Source: Octopus sinensis (Eukaryota). From it: DNA of 64,000 nt. The stretch lies in the NCBI RefSeq assembly GCF_006345805.1, contig NC_043019.1, positions 4,525,360-4,589,359 of the forward strand. Direction: 5' to 3'. This document shows positions 13,877 through 25,985 of the stretch, in pieces. The position numbers and the translations under genes were made by a program. The notes beneath the pieces are model-generated. The model did no database searches, was not told the origin of the DNA, and saw nothing but the letters and a program-made list of their open reading frames with translations. Position 1 is the stretch's first letter; each line of letters starts with the position of its first letter.

Positions 13877-16800
13877 GGGGCCAGTCATGCGGTACTGGCA
13901 ATGACCTCGCTCAAATCGTTTTACATATGCCACCGGCACAGGTGCCAGTAAGGCGACGTTGGTAATGATCACGCTCGAATGGTGCCCTTTTACGTGCCAC
14001 GGCACGGGGGCCAGTCACGGCGGTACTGGCAATGACCTCGCTCAAATCGTTTTACATATGCCACCGGCACAGGTGCCAGTAAGGCGACGTTGGTAATGAT
14101 CACGCTCGAATGGTGCCTTTTACGTGCCACGGCACGGGGCCAGTCATGCGGTACTGGCAATGCCCCCTCGTCAAATCGTTTTACATATGCCACCGCACAG
14201 GTGCCAGTAAGGCGACGTTGGTAATGATCACGCTCGAATGGTGCCCTTTTACGTGCCACGGCACGGGGGCCAGTCAGGCGGTACTGGCAATGACCTCGCT
14301 CAAATCGTTTTACATATGCCACCGGCACAGGTGCCAGTAAGGCGACGTTGGTAATGATCACGCTCGAATGGTGCCCTTTTACGTGCCACGGCACGGGGGC
14401 CAGTCAGGCGGTACTGGCAATGACCTCGCTCAAATCGTTTTACATATGCCACCGGCACAGGTGCCAGTAAGGCGACGTTGGTAATGATCACGCCTCGAAT
14501 GGTGCCCTTTTACGTGCCACGGAACGGGGGCCAGTCAGGCGGTACTGGCAATGACCTCGCTCAAATCGTTTTACATATGCCACCGGCACAGGTGCCAGTA
14601 AGGCGACCGGTGGTAATGATCCACGCTCGAATGGTGCCATTTTACGTGCCACGGCACGGGGGCCAGTCAGGCGGTACTGGCAATGACCTCGCTCAAATCG
14701 TTTTACATATGCCACCGGCACAGGTGCCAGTAAGGCGACGTTGGTAATGATCACGCTCGAATGGTGCCCTTTTACGTGCCACGGCACGGGGGCCAGTCAG
14801 GCGGTACTGGCAATGACCTCGCTCAAATCGTTTTACATATGCCACTGGCACAGGTGCCAGTAAGGCGACGTTGGTAATGATCACGCTCGAATGGTGCCCT
14901 TTTACGTGCCACGGCACGGGGGCCAGTCAGGCGGTACTGGCAATGACCTCGCTCAAATCGTTTTACATATGCCACCGGCACAGGTGCCAGTAAGGCGACG
15001 TTGGTAATGATCACGCTCGAATGGTGCCCTTTTACGTGCCACGGCACGGGGGCCAGTCATGCGGTACTGGCAATGACCTTCGCTCGAATCGTTTTACATA
15101 GCCACCGGCACAGGTGCCAGTAAGGCGACGTTGGTAATGATCACGCTCGAATGGTGCCCTTTTACGTGCCACGGCACGGGGGCCAGTCAGGCGGTACTGG
15201 CAATGACCTCGCTCAAACTCGTTTTACATATGCCACCGGCACAGGTGCAGTAAGGCGACGTTGGTAATGATCACGCTCGAATGGTGCCCTTTTACGTGCC
15301 ACGGCACGGGGCCAGTCAGGGGGCAGGTACTGGCAATGACCTCGCTCAAATCGTTTTACATATGCCACTGGCACAGGTGCCAGTAAGGCGACGTTGGTAA
15401 TGATCACGCTCGAATGGTGCCCTTTTACGTGCCACGGCACGGGGGCCAGTCAGGCGTATGGGCAAGACCTCGCTCAATCGTTTTACATATGCCACTGGCA
15501 CAGGTGCCAGTAAGGCGGACGTTGGTAATGATCACGCTCGAATGGTGCCCTTTTACGTGCCACGGCACGGGGGCCAGTCAGGCGGTACTGGCAATGACCT
15601 CGCTCAAATCGTTTTACATATGCCACTGGCACCGGTGCCGTAAGGCGACGTTGGTAATGATCACGCTCGAATGGTGCCCTTTTACGTGCCACGGCACGGG
15701 GGCCAGTCAGGCGCGTACTGGCAATGACCTCGCTCAAATCGTTTTACATATGCCACTGGCAACAGGTGCCAGTAAGGCGGACGTTGGTAATGATCACGCT
15801 CGAATGGTGCCTTTTACGTGCCACGGCACGGGGGCCAGTCAGGCGGTACTGGCAATGACCTCGCTCAAATCGTTTTACAATATGCCACCGCCACAGGTGC
15901 CAGTAAGGCGACGTTGGTAATGATCACGCTCGAATGGTGCCCTTTTACGTGCCACGGCACGGGGGCCAGTCAGGCGGTACTACTGGCAATGACCTCGCTC
16001 AAATCGTTTTACATATGCCACACGCACAGGTGCCAGTAGGCGACGTTGGTAATGATCACGCTCGAATGGTGCCCTTTTACGTGCCACGGCACGGGGGCCA
16101 GTCAGGCGGTACTGGCAATGACCTCGCTCGAATCTTTTTACATATGCCACTGGCACAGGTGCCAGTAAGGCGACGTTGGTAATGATCACGCTCGAATGGT
16201 GCCCTTTTACGTGCCACGGCACGGGGGCCAGTCAGGCGGTACTGGCAATGACCTCGCTCGAATCTTTTTACATATGCCACTGGCACAGGTGCCTGTAAGG
16301 CGACGTTGGTAATGATCACGCTTGAATGGTGCCCTTTTACGTGCCACGGCACGGGGGCCAGTCAGGCGGTACTGGCAATGACCTCGCTCGAATCTTTTTA
16401 CATATGCCACTGGCACAGGTGCCAGTAAGGCGACGTTGGTAATGATCACGCTCGAATGGTGCCCTTTTACGTGCCACGGCACGGGGGCCAGTCAGGCGGT
16501 ACTGGCAATGACCTCGCTCGAATCTTTTTACATATGTGCCACTGGCCAGGTGCCAGTAAGGCGACGTTGGTAATGATCACGCTTGAATGGGCCCTTTTAC
16601 ATGCACAGCACAGGGGCCAGTCATGCGGTACTGGCAATGACCTCGCTCGAATCTTTTTACATATGCCACTGGCACAGGTGCCTGTAAGGCGACGTTGGTA
16701 ATGATCACGCTTGAATGGTGCCCTTTTACATGCCACAGCACAGGGGCCAGTCATGCGGTACTGGCAATGACCTCGCTCGAATCTTTTTACATATGCCACT

Positions 16801-17447
16801 GGCACAGGTGCCTGTAAGGCGACGTTGGTAATGATCACGCTTGAATGGTGCCCTTTTACATGCCACAGCACAGGGGCCAGTCATGCGGTACTGGCAATGA
16901 CCTCGCTCGAATCTTTTTACATATGCCACTGGCACAGGTGCCAGTAAGGCGACGTTGGTAATGATCACGCTTGAATGGTGCCCTTTTACGTGCCACGGCA
17001 CGGGGGCCAGTCAGGCGGTACTGGCAATGACCTCGCTCGAATCTTTTTACATATGCCACTGGCACAGGTGCCAGTAAGGCGACGTTGGTAATGATCACGC
17101 TTGAATGGTGCCCTTTTACATGCCACAGCACAGGGGCCAGTCATGCGGTACTGGCAATGACCTCGCTCGAATCTTTTTACATATGCCACTGGCACAGGGC
17201 CAGTAAGGCGACGTTGGTAATGATCACGCTCGAATGGTGCCCTTTTACATGCCACAGCACAGGGGCCAGTCAGGCGGTACTGGCAATGACCTCGCTCGAA
17301 TCTTTTTACATATGCCACTGGCACAGGTGCCAGTAAGGCGACGTTGGTAATGATCACGCTTGAATGGTGCCCTTTTACATGCCACAGCACAGGGGCCAGT
17401 CATGCGGTACTGGCAATGACCTCGCTCGAATCTTTTTACATATGCCA
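13877..17447 (+). repeat. 130-bp tandem array (about 27 copies; dimer of about 65-bp subunits)
   Basis: Repeated ORF-track ends are spaced 130 bp (14787/14917/15047; 16222/16352/16482); unit homologous to internal repeats of the (CAT)n-tailed SINE-like family. Confidence 0.95.
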
Positions 17448-17603
17448 TTGGTATTATGGTGTCATGGGATGTGATTTGTTGTGGGAAATTTAGCTGCTAT
17501 TTCCAGTAATTTACTCAAATGACAGTTTCCCTCCTCGGCTTAGATTAGTTGGTTTAGATAAGCTTAATAATGTCTTATCACATGTTTCAAAGTTTATTTT
17601 CAG

Positions 17604-17683
17604 AACAAAAGACAGGAAGAGAACTGTTAGAGATTATCGTTATACAATAAAAGCTTAAGAAAAAGCACAGACACAGAGGGTAT
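17604..17683 (+). other. Candidate non-coding 5'UTR exon of the kinase gene
   Basis: Non-repetitive purine-rich island between repeats, with acceptor tttattttcAG (17603) and donors G|gtatgt (17680) or T|gtgagt (17684); no transcript evidence available. Confidence 0.25.
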
Positions 17684-17794
17684 GTGAGTTGTATTCAAAG
17701 TCCTATCACTGTCGACAGCCTCAAAACAACAATGTTTTGGAGTAGGGGTGTGGCCTTAGTCGTCATCATCATCATCATCATCATCACTTAACCG

Positions 17795-18086
17795 TTGCTC
17801 TGATCCCGCGGTTCCTCTCGTACTGGACGGGATAGCCGTAGCCGAGTTGACGTTGCCGACGCCCGCCTAAGGTCGGCCGGAGAAATGCTGGCGGCACGGC
17901 CAGGACGGACGACGCGCGAGCGCGCCGCCGCCTTGACCGCACGCCGAGTACCCCGACGCGACTCGGGGCGCCGCATACGCGCGATGCATCGGTAGGATAA
18001 AACTAACCTGTCTCACGACGGTCTAATCCCAGCTCACGTTCCCTGTTAGTGGGTGAACAATCCAACGCTTTGCGAATTCTGCTTCG

Positions 18087-18124
<38 letters not shown>

Positions 18125-18163
18125 GACGTCGCTGCGAACGCTTGGCCGCCACAAGCCAGTTAT
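17795..18163 (-). rRNA. 28S rRNA fragment (non-functional copy; 3' peptidyl-transferase region to sarcin-ricin loop)
   Basis: Minus strand reads ATAACTGGCTTGTGGCGGCCAAGCGTTC..GATCCTTCGATGTCGGCTCTTCCTATCATTG..GGATTGTTCACCCAC..GACCGTCGTGAGACAGGTTAGTTTTA..AGTACGAGAGGAACC, with a GC-rich expansion segment. Confidence 0.95.
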
Positions 18164-18214
18164 GCTAAAATTGACCAGATCCAACCTTTCACACCTAATC
18201 TACAATCATCATCA

Positions 18215-18605
18215 TCATTTAATGTCTGCTTTCCATGCTAGCATGGGTTGGACGATTTTGACTGAGGGCTGGAAAACCGGATGGCTGCACCAGGCTCCAA
18301 TCTTGATCTGGCAGAATTTCTACAGCTGGATGCCCTTCCTAATACCAACCACTCCGAGAGTTTAGTGGGTGCTTTTTACGTGCCACCGGCACAGGGGCCA
18401 GTCATGCGGTACTGGCAATGACCTCACTCGAATCTTTTTACACATGCCACTGACAAGGTGCCAGTAAGGCAACGTTGGCAACGATCACGTTCGAATGCTG
18501 CCCTTTTACATGCCACGGCACGGGGGCCAGTCAGGCGGTACTGGCAAATGACCTCACTCGAATCTTTTTACACATACCACCAGCACAGGTGCCAGTAAGG
18601 CGACG
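18215..18605 (+). mobile_element. (CAT)n-tailed SINE/RTE-tail family D with internal 63-65-bp repeats; representative copy
   Basis: catcatcat..ttaa.gtc.gctttccatgctagcatggg motif; copies near 13430-13620, 20600-20758, 25305-25600, 35535-35795, 47420-47830 and 60570-60740. Confidence 0.75.
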
Positions 18606-19689
18606 ATCAATAATTTTGTTCATATCTGTGATATCTTATAAAATGAAATTAACCTCTGTATTTGACTGATATGCTATTTTATTAACCTTGCTGAGGATTT
18701 AAATGCAAAACATGACAGTGAAGGGTCAAAAATAATAGCCATGAATGAGAGACTATAAACTGGCTGTCCTTTGGTGACGACATTGAAGATTTCAGCTGAT
18801 CTGTAATACCAGTTACCTGTCTCTGAGGATTTGACATTAATCTTGATTATGTCATTTGCGTTATGTTACCAATAATCATATTTTGTCAATGAAATGTAAG
18901 ATGGTATAACTAAACATCATATAAACAATTTATCATGTTTTGTTTTCTATATTGTTTGACAGAGCGGCTAACTTGCTTCTGTGCCAGTGGCACATAAAAG
19001 GGCACCATTCGAGTGTGATTGTTACCAGCGTTGCCTTACTGGCACTTGTGCCTGTGCTAGTAGGGTGCTAAGAGCACCATCCGAGCGTGATCATTGCCAG
19101 AGCAGCCAACTGGCTTCCATGCCGGTGGCACGTAAAAGCGCACCATTCGAGCGTGATCATTACCAACGTCGCCTTACTGGCACCTGTGCCGGTGGCATGT
19201 GTAAAAAGATTCGAGTGAGGTCATTGCCAGTATCGCCGGCACGTAAAAAGCACCCACTACAGCATGCTCATGGAATTAACATGCAACTGGCAGAGCACTT
19301 CATAGACACATGTACCCCTAATGTAGTTTTCAGGGAAATTCAGCATGAAACAGAATGTGACAAGGCGGGCCCTCTGAATTACAAGTACAATTCATTTTTG
19401 CCAGCTGAGTGGACTGGAGAAATGGGAAATAAAGGGTCTTTTCTACTCTAGGTACAAGGCTCGGAATTTTGTCGGAGGGGGTCAGTCGATTAGATCGATC
19501 ACAATTTGCAACTGGTAATAAGGTGAAATAAAGTGTCTTGCTCAAGAACATGTGTTGACACAACACTTATGACCGTACAACCACAAGCCAAATACCCTAA
19601 CCACTGAGCCATGCACCTTCACATGAGAGACTACAATACTTTACAAATGGAACCTCTTGTGTTTTTGTTGTGTTCTCAGTAAACTTTTT

Positions 19690-20345
19690 TTTTCTACACA
19701 AGGCATAAGGCCCGAAACTTTTGGGGAGGGGGCCAGTCAATTAGATCGACCTCAGTACACAACTGGTACTTAATTTATCAACCCTGAAAGGATGAAAGGC
19801 AAAGTCGACCTCTGTGGAATTTGAAATCAGAATGTAAACACAGTTGAATTACTGTTAAGCATTTTGCCTGGCGTGCTAACATTTCTCGCCACCTGGTGGA
19901 TATCAAATATTCTTTTCTTCTCTAGGCATAAGGCCCGAAATTTTGGTGGAGGGGGCCAGTCAATTAGATCAACCCCAGTATGCAACTGATACTTAATTTA
20001 CTGACCACAAAAGGATGAAAGGCAAATCTCAACCTTGGCGGAATTTGAACTCAGAACATAAAGACAGATGAAATATTGCTAAGCATTTCGCCCAGTGTGC
20101 TAACGTTTCTGCCAGCTTGCCACCTTAAAAATATTCTTTTCTACTCTAGGCACAAGGCTCGGAATTTTGGGGGAGTGGGAAGCAGTGACTAGATCGATCC
20201 ACAGTATGCAACTGGTACTTAATTTATTGACCCTGAAAGGATAAGAGGCAAAGTTGACCTTGGCGGAATTTGAACTCAGAACGTAAAGACATGAAATACT
20301 GCTAAGCATTTTGCTCGGCATGCTAACATTTCTGCCAGCCTGCTG
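19690..20345 (-). mobile_element. Three head-to-tail tRNA-derived SINEs (family C, head gcggcgagctggcagaaacgttagc)
   Basis: Repeated B-box-like gttcaaattcc and shared body; other copies near 41885-42115, 42495-42720, 48680-49230 and 60315-60548. Confidence 0.8.
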
Positions 20346-21659
20346 CCTTGTGTTCCCTGTCAACAGACAAAGACCTTTGGCAAGATTGGAGAAAATGCTT
20401 TGCAGTGTTTAGTTACAATATTCTTTTATTCTTTTACTTGTTTCAGTCATTTGACTGTGGCCATGCTGGAGCACTGCCTTAAGGGGTTTTTCATCCAAGA
20501 AATCGAGCCCCTCAGAACTTATTTGTTGTAAGCCTAATACTTATTATATTGTTCTCTTTTTGCCAAACTGCTAAGTTATGGGAACATAACACACCAGCAT
20601 CGGAGTGGTTGGCATTAGGAAGGGCATCCAGCTGTAGAAACTCTGCCAGATCAGATTGGAGCCTGGTGCAGCCATCTGGTTCGCCAGCCCTCAGTCAAAT
20701 CATCCAACCCATGGTAGCATGGAAAGCTGACATTAAACAATGATGATGATGATGATGATTGTAGGTTAGGTGTGAGAGGTTGGATCTGGTCAGTTTTAGC
20801 ATAAAGCAGGTTGAATATTCAGGTTAGATGTGGCCAAATTAAATGCTAAAGTGTTAATAAACACAGGTAAATTATTGAAGACTAGGCTTATTGATTCACC
20901 AGTTTCAAGCAATATCATTTAATATCATCAGTTCATTTTTATGCATCTCGGCCAAAAGAGTTTACATGTTTAAAAAAGTTTGCGCAGGAGTGGCTGTGGT
21001 AAGTAGCTTGCTAACCAACCACATGGTTCCGGGTTCAGTCCCACTGCGTGGCATCTTGGGCAAGTGTCTTCTGCTATAGCCCCGGGCCGACCAAAGCCTT
21101 GTGAGTGGATTTGGTAGACGGAAACTAAAAGAAGCCTGTCGTATATATGTATATATATATATATATGTATGTGTGTGTTTGTGTGTCTGTGTTTGTCCCC
21201 CTAGCATTGCTTGACAACCGATGCTGGTGTGTTTACGTCCCCGTCACTTAGCGGTTCGGCAAAAGAGACCAATAGAATAAGTACTGGGCTTACAAAGAAT
21301 AAGTCCCGGGGTAGATTTGCTCGACTAAAGGCGGTGCTCCAGCATGGCTGCAGTCAAATGACTGAAACAAGAGAGAGAGTACGTACTAAAACTTTGCTCT
21401 TTGCTAAGTTAACTATAAGACCCCTTGATTCTAGGTTTTACTGCTACACCCAAAATTTCTTTCCTAATTCTACTATAGATTCTGTATAACAGCATTTCCA
21501 TGGCCAACCAGACTTAACCCTTTCGTTACCAACCCGGCTGAAACTGTCTCTGGCTCTGAGTACAAACGTCTTGTTTTCATAAGTTTTGAATTAAAATCTT
21601 CCACCAAACCTCAGTCACAATTTATGTTCCTAATACTAGCTTAATGATAACTAAGTTAT

Positions 21660-22171
21660 AATAAATCTCAGAGCGAGTTAAAAACAGTAGCTACAACACA
21701 CTGTGACGTATATTTGCCATTTAGATATGGCTAACCCCTAAGGGTGAATGCTACTGTACTTTGTAGCCCCAGGAGGACACCTCCTCCAGCTGGCTATAGA
21801 CACATTTTCTGTGCTCTATCAGTATTTGCAAAGGGAACCCATCCTTGCCGTCTTCAACTTATGATACACACGGACTCGAGTTTCTGGGTATTGACTTGTC
21901 ATTGGCATGTGAAGGGAACTTATTTTTTATCTTTTGTGAAGGGAACCTACTTTTCATCGACAACTGTGATTGTCACACGCCGACGACGGGTCAATACCCA
22001 GAAACTCGAGTCCGTATGTATCATAAGTTGAAGACAAGAAGGATGGCTTCCCTTTGCAAATACTGATAGGGCACAGAAAGTGTGTCTATAGCCAGCTGGA
22101 GGAGGTGTCCTCCTGGGGCTACAAACTACAGTAGCATCCACCCTTAGGGGTTAGCCATATTTAAATGGCAA
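21660..22171 (+). mobile_element. Fold-back mini-element with hammerhead, inserted into a TTAA-CCC MITE
   Basis: Arms 21713-21895 and 21990-22172 are reverse complements; aagttat duplicated at 21653-59 and 22172-78; host MITE starts at ttaaccctttcg (21514). Confidence 0.8.
21974..22018 (+). ncRNA. Type-I hammerhead motif with CCGACGA core variant
   Basis: CACACG-CCGACGA-CGGGT caat ACCCA-GAAA-CTCGAG-TC/CGTATG; palindromic stem III ACTCGAGT, GUC triplet. Confidence 0.7.
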
Positions 22172-22324
22172 AAGTTATTTTACTAAATTCTTTGTTATAT
22201 TTGAAGTAATTGAAAGAAACACAGAGCAGAAACACAGAATAAGTCCTGGGGTAGATTTGCTCGACTAAAGGCGGTGCTCCAGAATGGCCGCAGTCAAATG
22301 ACTGAAACAAGTAAAAGATAAATA

Positions 22325-22625
22325 AAAGAGAACTGAGAACTAAGTCATAATGACCTTCTACCTTTGCACTAAATTTATTGCCATCTTCATCGTTAGCTCT
22401 CACCTTGCTGTATACTTCTCTGTACAAGGCTTTTATGGCCTTCACAAGCCATTCATTTGCTCCTAGCTTCCTTAGTGACCACCAGATAACGGATCAAGAG
22501 ACCCTGTCAAGAGTTTTCTCTAGGTCAATAAATGCAAAGTCGAAGTAGCTAAGCACTTTTGCTGTTGTCTCACTAAAAACAGATTATCCATAGTACTTTC
22601 CTTGGTAAAACTGATATACCTTTCT
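22325..22625 (-). mobile_element. RTE-clade LINE reverse-transcriptase fragment
   Basis: Minus translation KAIKALYREVYSKVRANDEDGNKFSAKV..VLSSLLF; upstream DNLFLVRQ and FAFIDLEK-like segments. Confidence 0.75.
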
Positions 22626-23412
22626 TTCATCAAGATTAACTCTTTCCTTAATTAAATAAGCCATAAATTTTTATATGACATGTATTATATAGGCGCAGGA
22701 GTTGCTGTGTGGTAAGTAGCTTGCTAACCAACCACATGGTTCCGGGTTCAGTCCCACTGCGTGGCATCTTGGGCAAGTGTCTTCTGCTATAGCCCCGGGC
22801 CGACCAAAGCCTTGTGAGTGGATTTGGTAGGCGGAAACTGAAAGAAGCCTGTCGTATATATTATATTTATATATATATGTGTGTATATGTTTGTGCCCCT
22901 AGCATTGCTTGACAACCGATGCTGGTGTGTTTACGTCCCCATCACTTAGCGGTTCGGCAAAAGAGACTGATAGAATAAGTACTGGGCTTACAAAGAATAA
23001 GTCCCGGGGTAGATTTGCTCGACTAACTGTATGTTAAGTTGATTTCATGAGCAGGCTGTTCTGTTTGTTCTGTTGATCAACTCAACTGAAACACTTGTTG
23101 TAACTGCCAGAGAGCCAAGGCATGTATATATGTATGTCTATATCTATACACACACACATATAGCTATATACATATAAACATGCCTTACATACACACATAT
23201 ATAATGGATAAGTGAATATAGCTATATATATATGTAATGTAGCAATTTGCAACAACCAATAGTTAACGCAACCAAACTTCCATATGTTACTTTTGACAAT
23301 CTTTTTCCAAAGAGTGAAACCGGTAAAGTAAATAAACATCTTTTAAATTGCATTTTCAAACCTTCTTTTGTATATAATTCCACTCGTGCGGTACCCCACA
23401 ACTCCACTTTGT

Positions 23413-23448
<36 letters not shown>

Positions 23449-23462
23449 TGGTGATATCATCA

Positions 23463-23530
<68 letters not shown>

Positions 23531-23721
23531 TGATATCATCAATTTTAAAATTTACCCACAGATGATATGAACAGTAAGTAGTGACATCTGATTTCAAATC
23601 TCAGTGTTTGAATGTTTTGCTTATAAAATTTTATGCACCATGTGCTCTGTTTTTGGCGCAAAACAAAACCAGTTGCACAGTCAGAGTTTAATGTGACACT
23701 TATGGATTATTACCTAGTAGG

Positions 23722-23776
23722 CCACACTGACGAGGCTCAGGGTTAAAATACTCAAAGGCCAAAACCTGGTTTGTGG
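23722..23776 (+). ncRNA. Type-I hammerhead relic (GAAA changed to AAAA)
   Basis: CCACA-CTGACGA-GGCT..GGCC-AAAA-CCTGG-TT/TGTGG; 5-bp stem I, ACCTGGT stem III. Confidence 0.6.
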
Positions 23777-24094
23777 ATATCCCTAATTGCATAATATTTT
23801 TATTTGGGCTGTGAAATGTTTTAATCCTTTCTGTTTTCCTCGCGTATTGTTTTTCTCTGTTATCTTGGTGCAGTACGGTGGATGAATTTAAGACTTTAGC
23901 TCTTATTTCTAGCAGGTGGATGCTTGTTAAGCATCCTTACACTTTGTACAAATTTATAATTCATAGCTATTTAATGCTATTGTGGCTGCAATCCACCCAT
24001 GTAATGGTAATATCATCAATTATAAAATTTATCCACAGATGATATGAACAGTAGTGACATCTGATTTCAAATCTCAATGTTTGAATGTGTGATT

Positions 24095-24280
24095 TTTTAA
24101 CTCCGTCTTCCGTTCCTTGGATCTTTCCTTTTCCTATGTTTCTGATGAAGAACTCCGCTCGAAACATTAAATCCTCCTTCTTTCTTTCCTTTCCCGAGCG
24201 TCCAATAATACTATAATCGTTCCATGTCCACACGTTGTTGTGTTTTCTCTTTGTGTATTCATGTTTGGATTAACTATATA
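24095..24280 (+). mobile_element. PLE-type 3' tail fragment with hammerhead relic at 24138-24172
   Basis: GTTT-CTGATGA-A-GAAC tcc GCTC-GAAA-CA-TT-AAAT; homologous to 46480-46655. Confidence 0.6.
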
Positions 24281-24288
24281 TATATATA

Positions 24289-25302
24289 CTAGCATTAAAG
24301 ACCCGTCGTTGCCGGGTCATAGTGCTAGTGCATGTATATATGTGTACATATTACATGTACATCTATATATATATATATACATCTACACATAAAATACAAA
24401 ATACAAAGTTATATCTTGATATCGCGAGTGATAACAATACTCAAAATATATAACAGACTGGAATTGTTAGCCCGTCTCTTGTAATTTCAATCAATTCTAT
24501 CTTGTCCTCCTCTTGTATAGAAGTGTGGCTACAATCCAGCCTACCTCTACTTCGGGGGGGGGGGGCATTTAAAATTTTGGGCGGGGACATCCTACGTCCC
24601 TGATATAAAGGTAAAAATAAAATATTTCCACTTTGCAAGTTCGAGTCGAGTACTCCCTTGCACGCTCCGTTGACTTGAACCTTGCTTCTATTGTGGCGAA
24701 TTTACCGCCTCTGATTAGATACTTTTCATAGTCGCACCAAGACACTTTTTGAAGGTGCTTTCCTCCATGCGTTCAAATCTTCTTTTTTCTCTACATTGTA
24801 TACTTTATAGACAATAGTCTTTTCTTTAATTTAATTTTTTATTATCCATCTGGACTATTCCATTTCTGCACGCTAATTTTATTTTTAATTTATTCCCATT
24901 CATTTGAAACCACTTATTCAAGTTCAAATCATTGATGCAATTTTATACCAATTGCTATTTTTACTTTTGTCATGTTACTTTAGTTTGATTTTAATTATTA
25001 CTTACTACATATAATTCAGTTGTTATTATTATTTTTATTGTTAAAGTGAAAGTATCTGACATAAAATAGGGAAACGTTTTTGTTTCACTTTTAACACATA
25101 ATGCTGAAATAGTGGAGAAGATATGATATTGCTATGGGCTCGCTCTAGGCAAGAAGTTGAACATTTTTTGTTGCTCATGAAACTACATGGACCCTAAGTA
25201 AGGCATGTGTAAAATTTTAATGAAATTGGTTGTGTAGTTCTCAAGTTTTAGGCAAACACACAGACAGACAGACACACATTCTCAGTTTTATATATATAAA
25301 GA
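24289..25302 (-). mobile_element. Non-autonomous Helitron
   Basis: Minus A|TCTTTATATATATAAAACTGAGAATGTGTGTCTG ... GACCCG gcaacga CGGGTC tttaatg CTAG|T; inserted between A and T. Confidence 0.85.
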
Positions 25303-25599
25303 TATATCATCATCATTTAACATCCGTTTTCCGTGCTAGCACGGGTTGGATGGTTCAACTGGGGTCTGGGAAGCCAGGAGGCTGCACCAGGCTCCAGTCT
25401 GATCTGGCAGTGGCCACGATCAGTTGGTGCTTTTTACGTGCCACCGGCACAGAAGCCAGTCAAGGCGGTGCTGGCATCAGCCATGTTCGGATGGTGCTTT
25501 TTACGTGCCACCGGCACAGAAGCCAGTCAAGGCGGTGCTGGCATCAGCCACGTTCGGATGGTGCTTTTTACGTGCCACCGGTACAGGTATCACAACTAC

Positions 25600-25985
25600 A
25601 ATTTCCATTTGATATTTGTTTTGATGTTGATGTACTTGACTCAATAGGTCTCCTCAAGCACAGCAGGTTGCCCTATGATCCAAGGTAAACACAGCAGGTC
25701 GTTCTGCAATCCAAGGTACTTCGGATGGGCTGGGACTATGCGAAACTGGTGCAATGCGAAACTGGTGCAGGAAGCAGCCATGAACTCACATTATTTGTCG
25801 GGTCTTTGCAGTCACAGCATATCTCCAGAGATCTTGGTCTTTCGTCATTGCCTCTGTGTGGCCTAACGTTCAAAGGTCATGCTTGACTACCTCATCCCAT
25901 GTCTTCCTGGGTCTACCTCTCCTCCGGATACCTTCAACTGTTTGGGAGTGGCACTTCTTCACACATCTCTCCTTATCCATCTGCA
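25600..25985 (-). mobile_element. RTE LINE 3' end fragment
   Basis: Minus translation RCVKKCHSQTVEGIRRRGRPRKTWDEVVKHDL. Confidence 0.75.

Noticed and set aside
13730-17448. Repeated ORFs MPWHVKGHHSSV.. and a CRISPR-like look
   Set aside because: Products of a 130-bp tandem repeat; no unique spacers, no cas genes, eukaryotic context
17795-18163. Functional rDNA unit
   Set aside because: Isolated fragment of about 370 nt, with no 18S, 5.8S or remaining 28S
20895-20940. Minus-strand CTGATGA..GAAACTGGT hammerhead-like motif
   Set aside because: No stem I or II pairing, and G at the cleavage position
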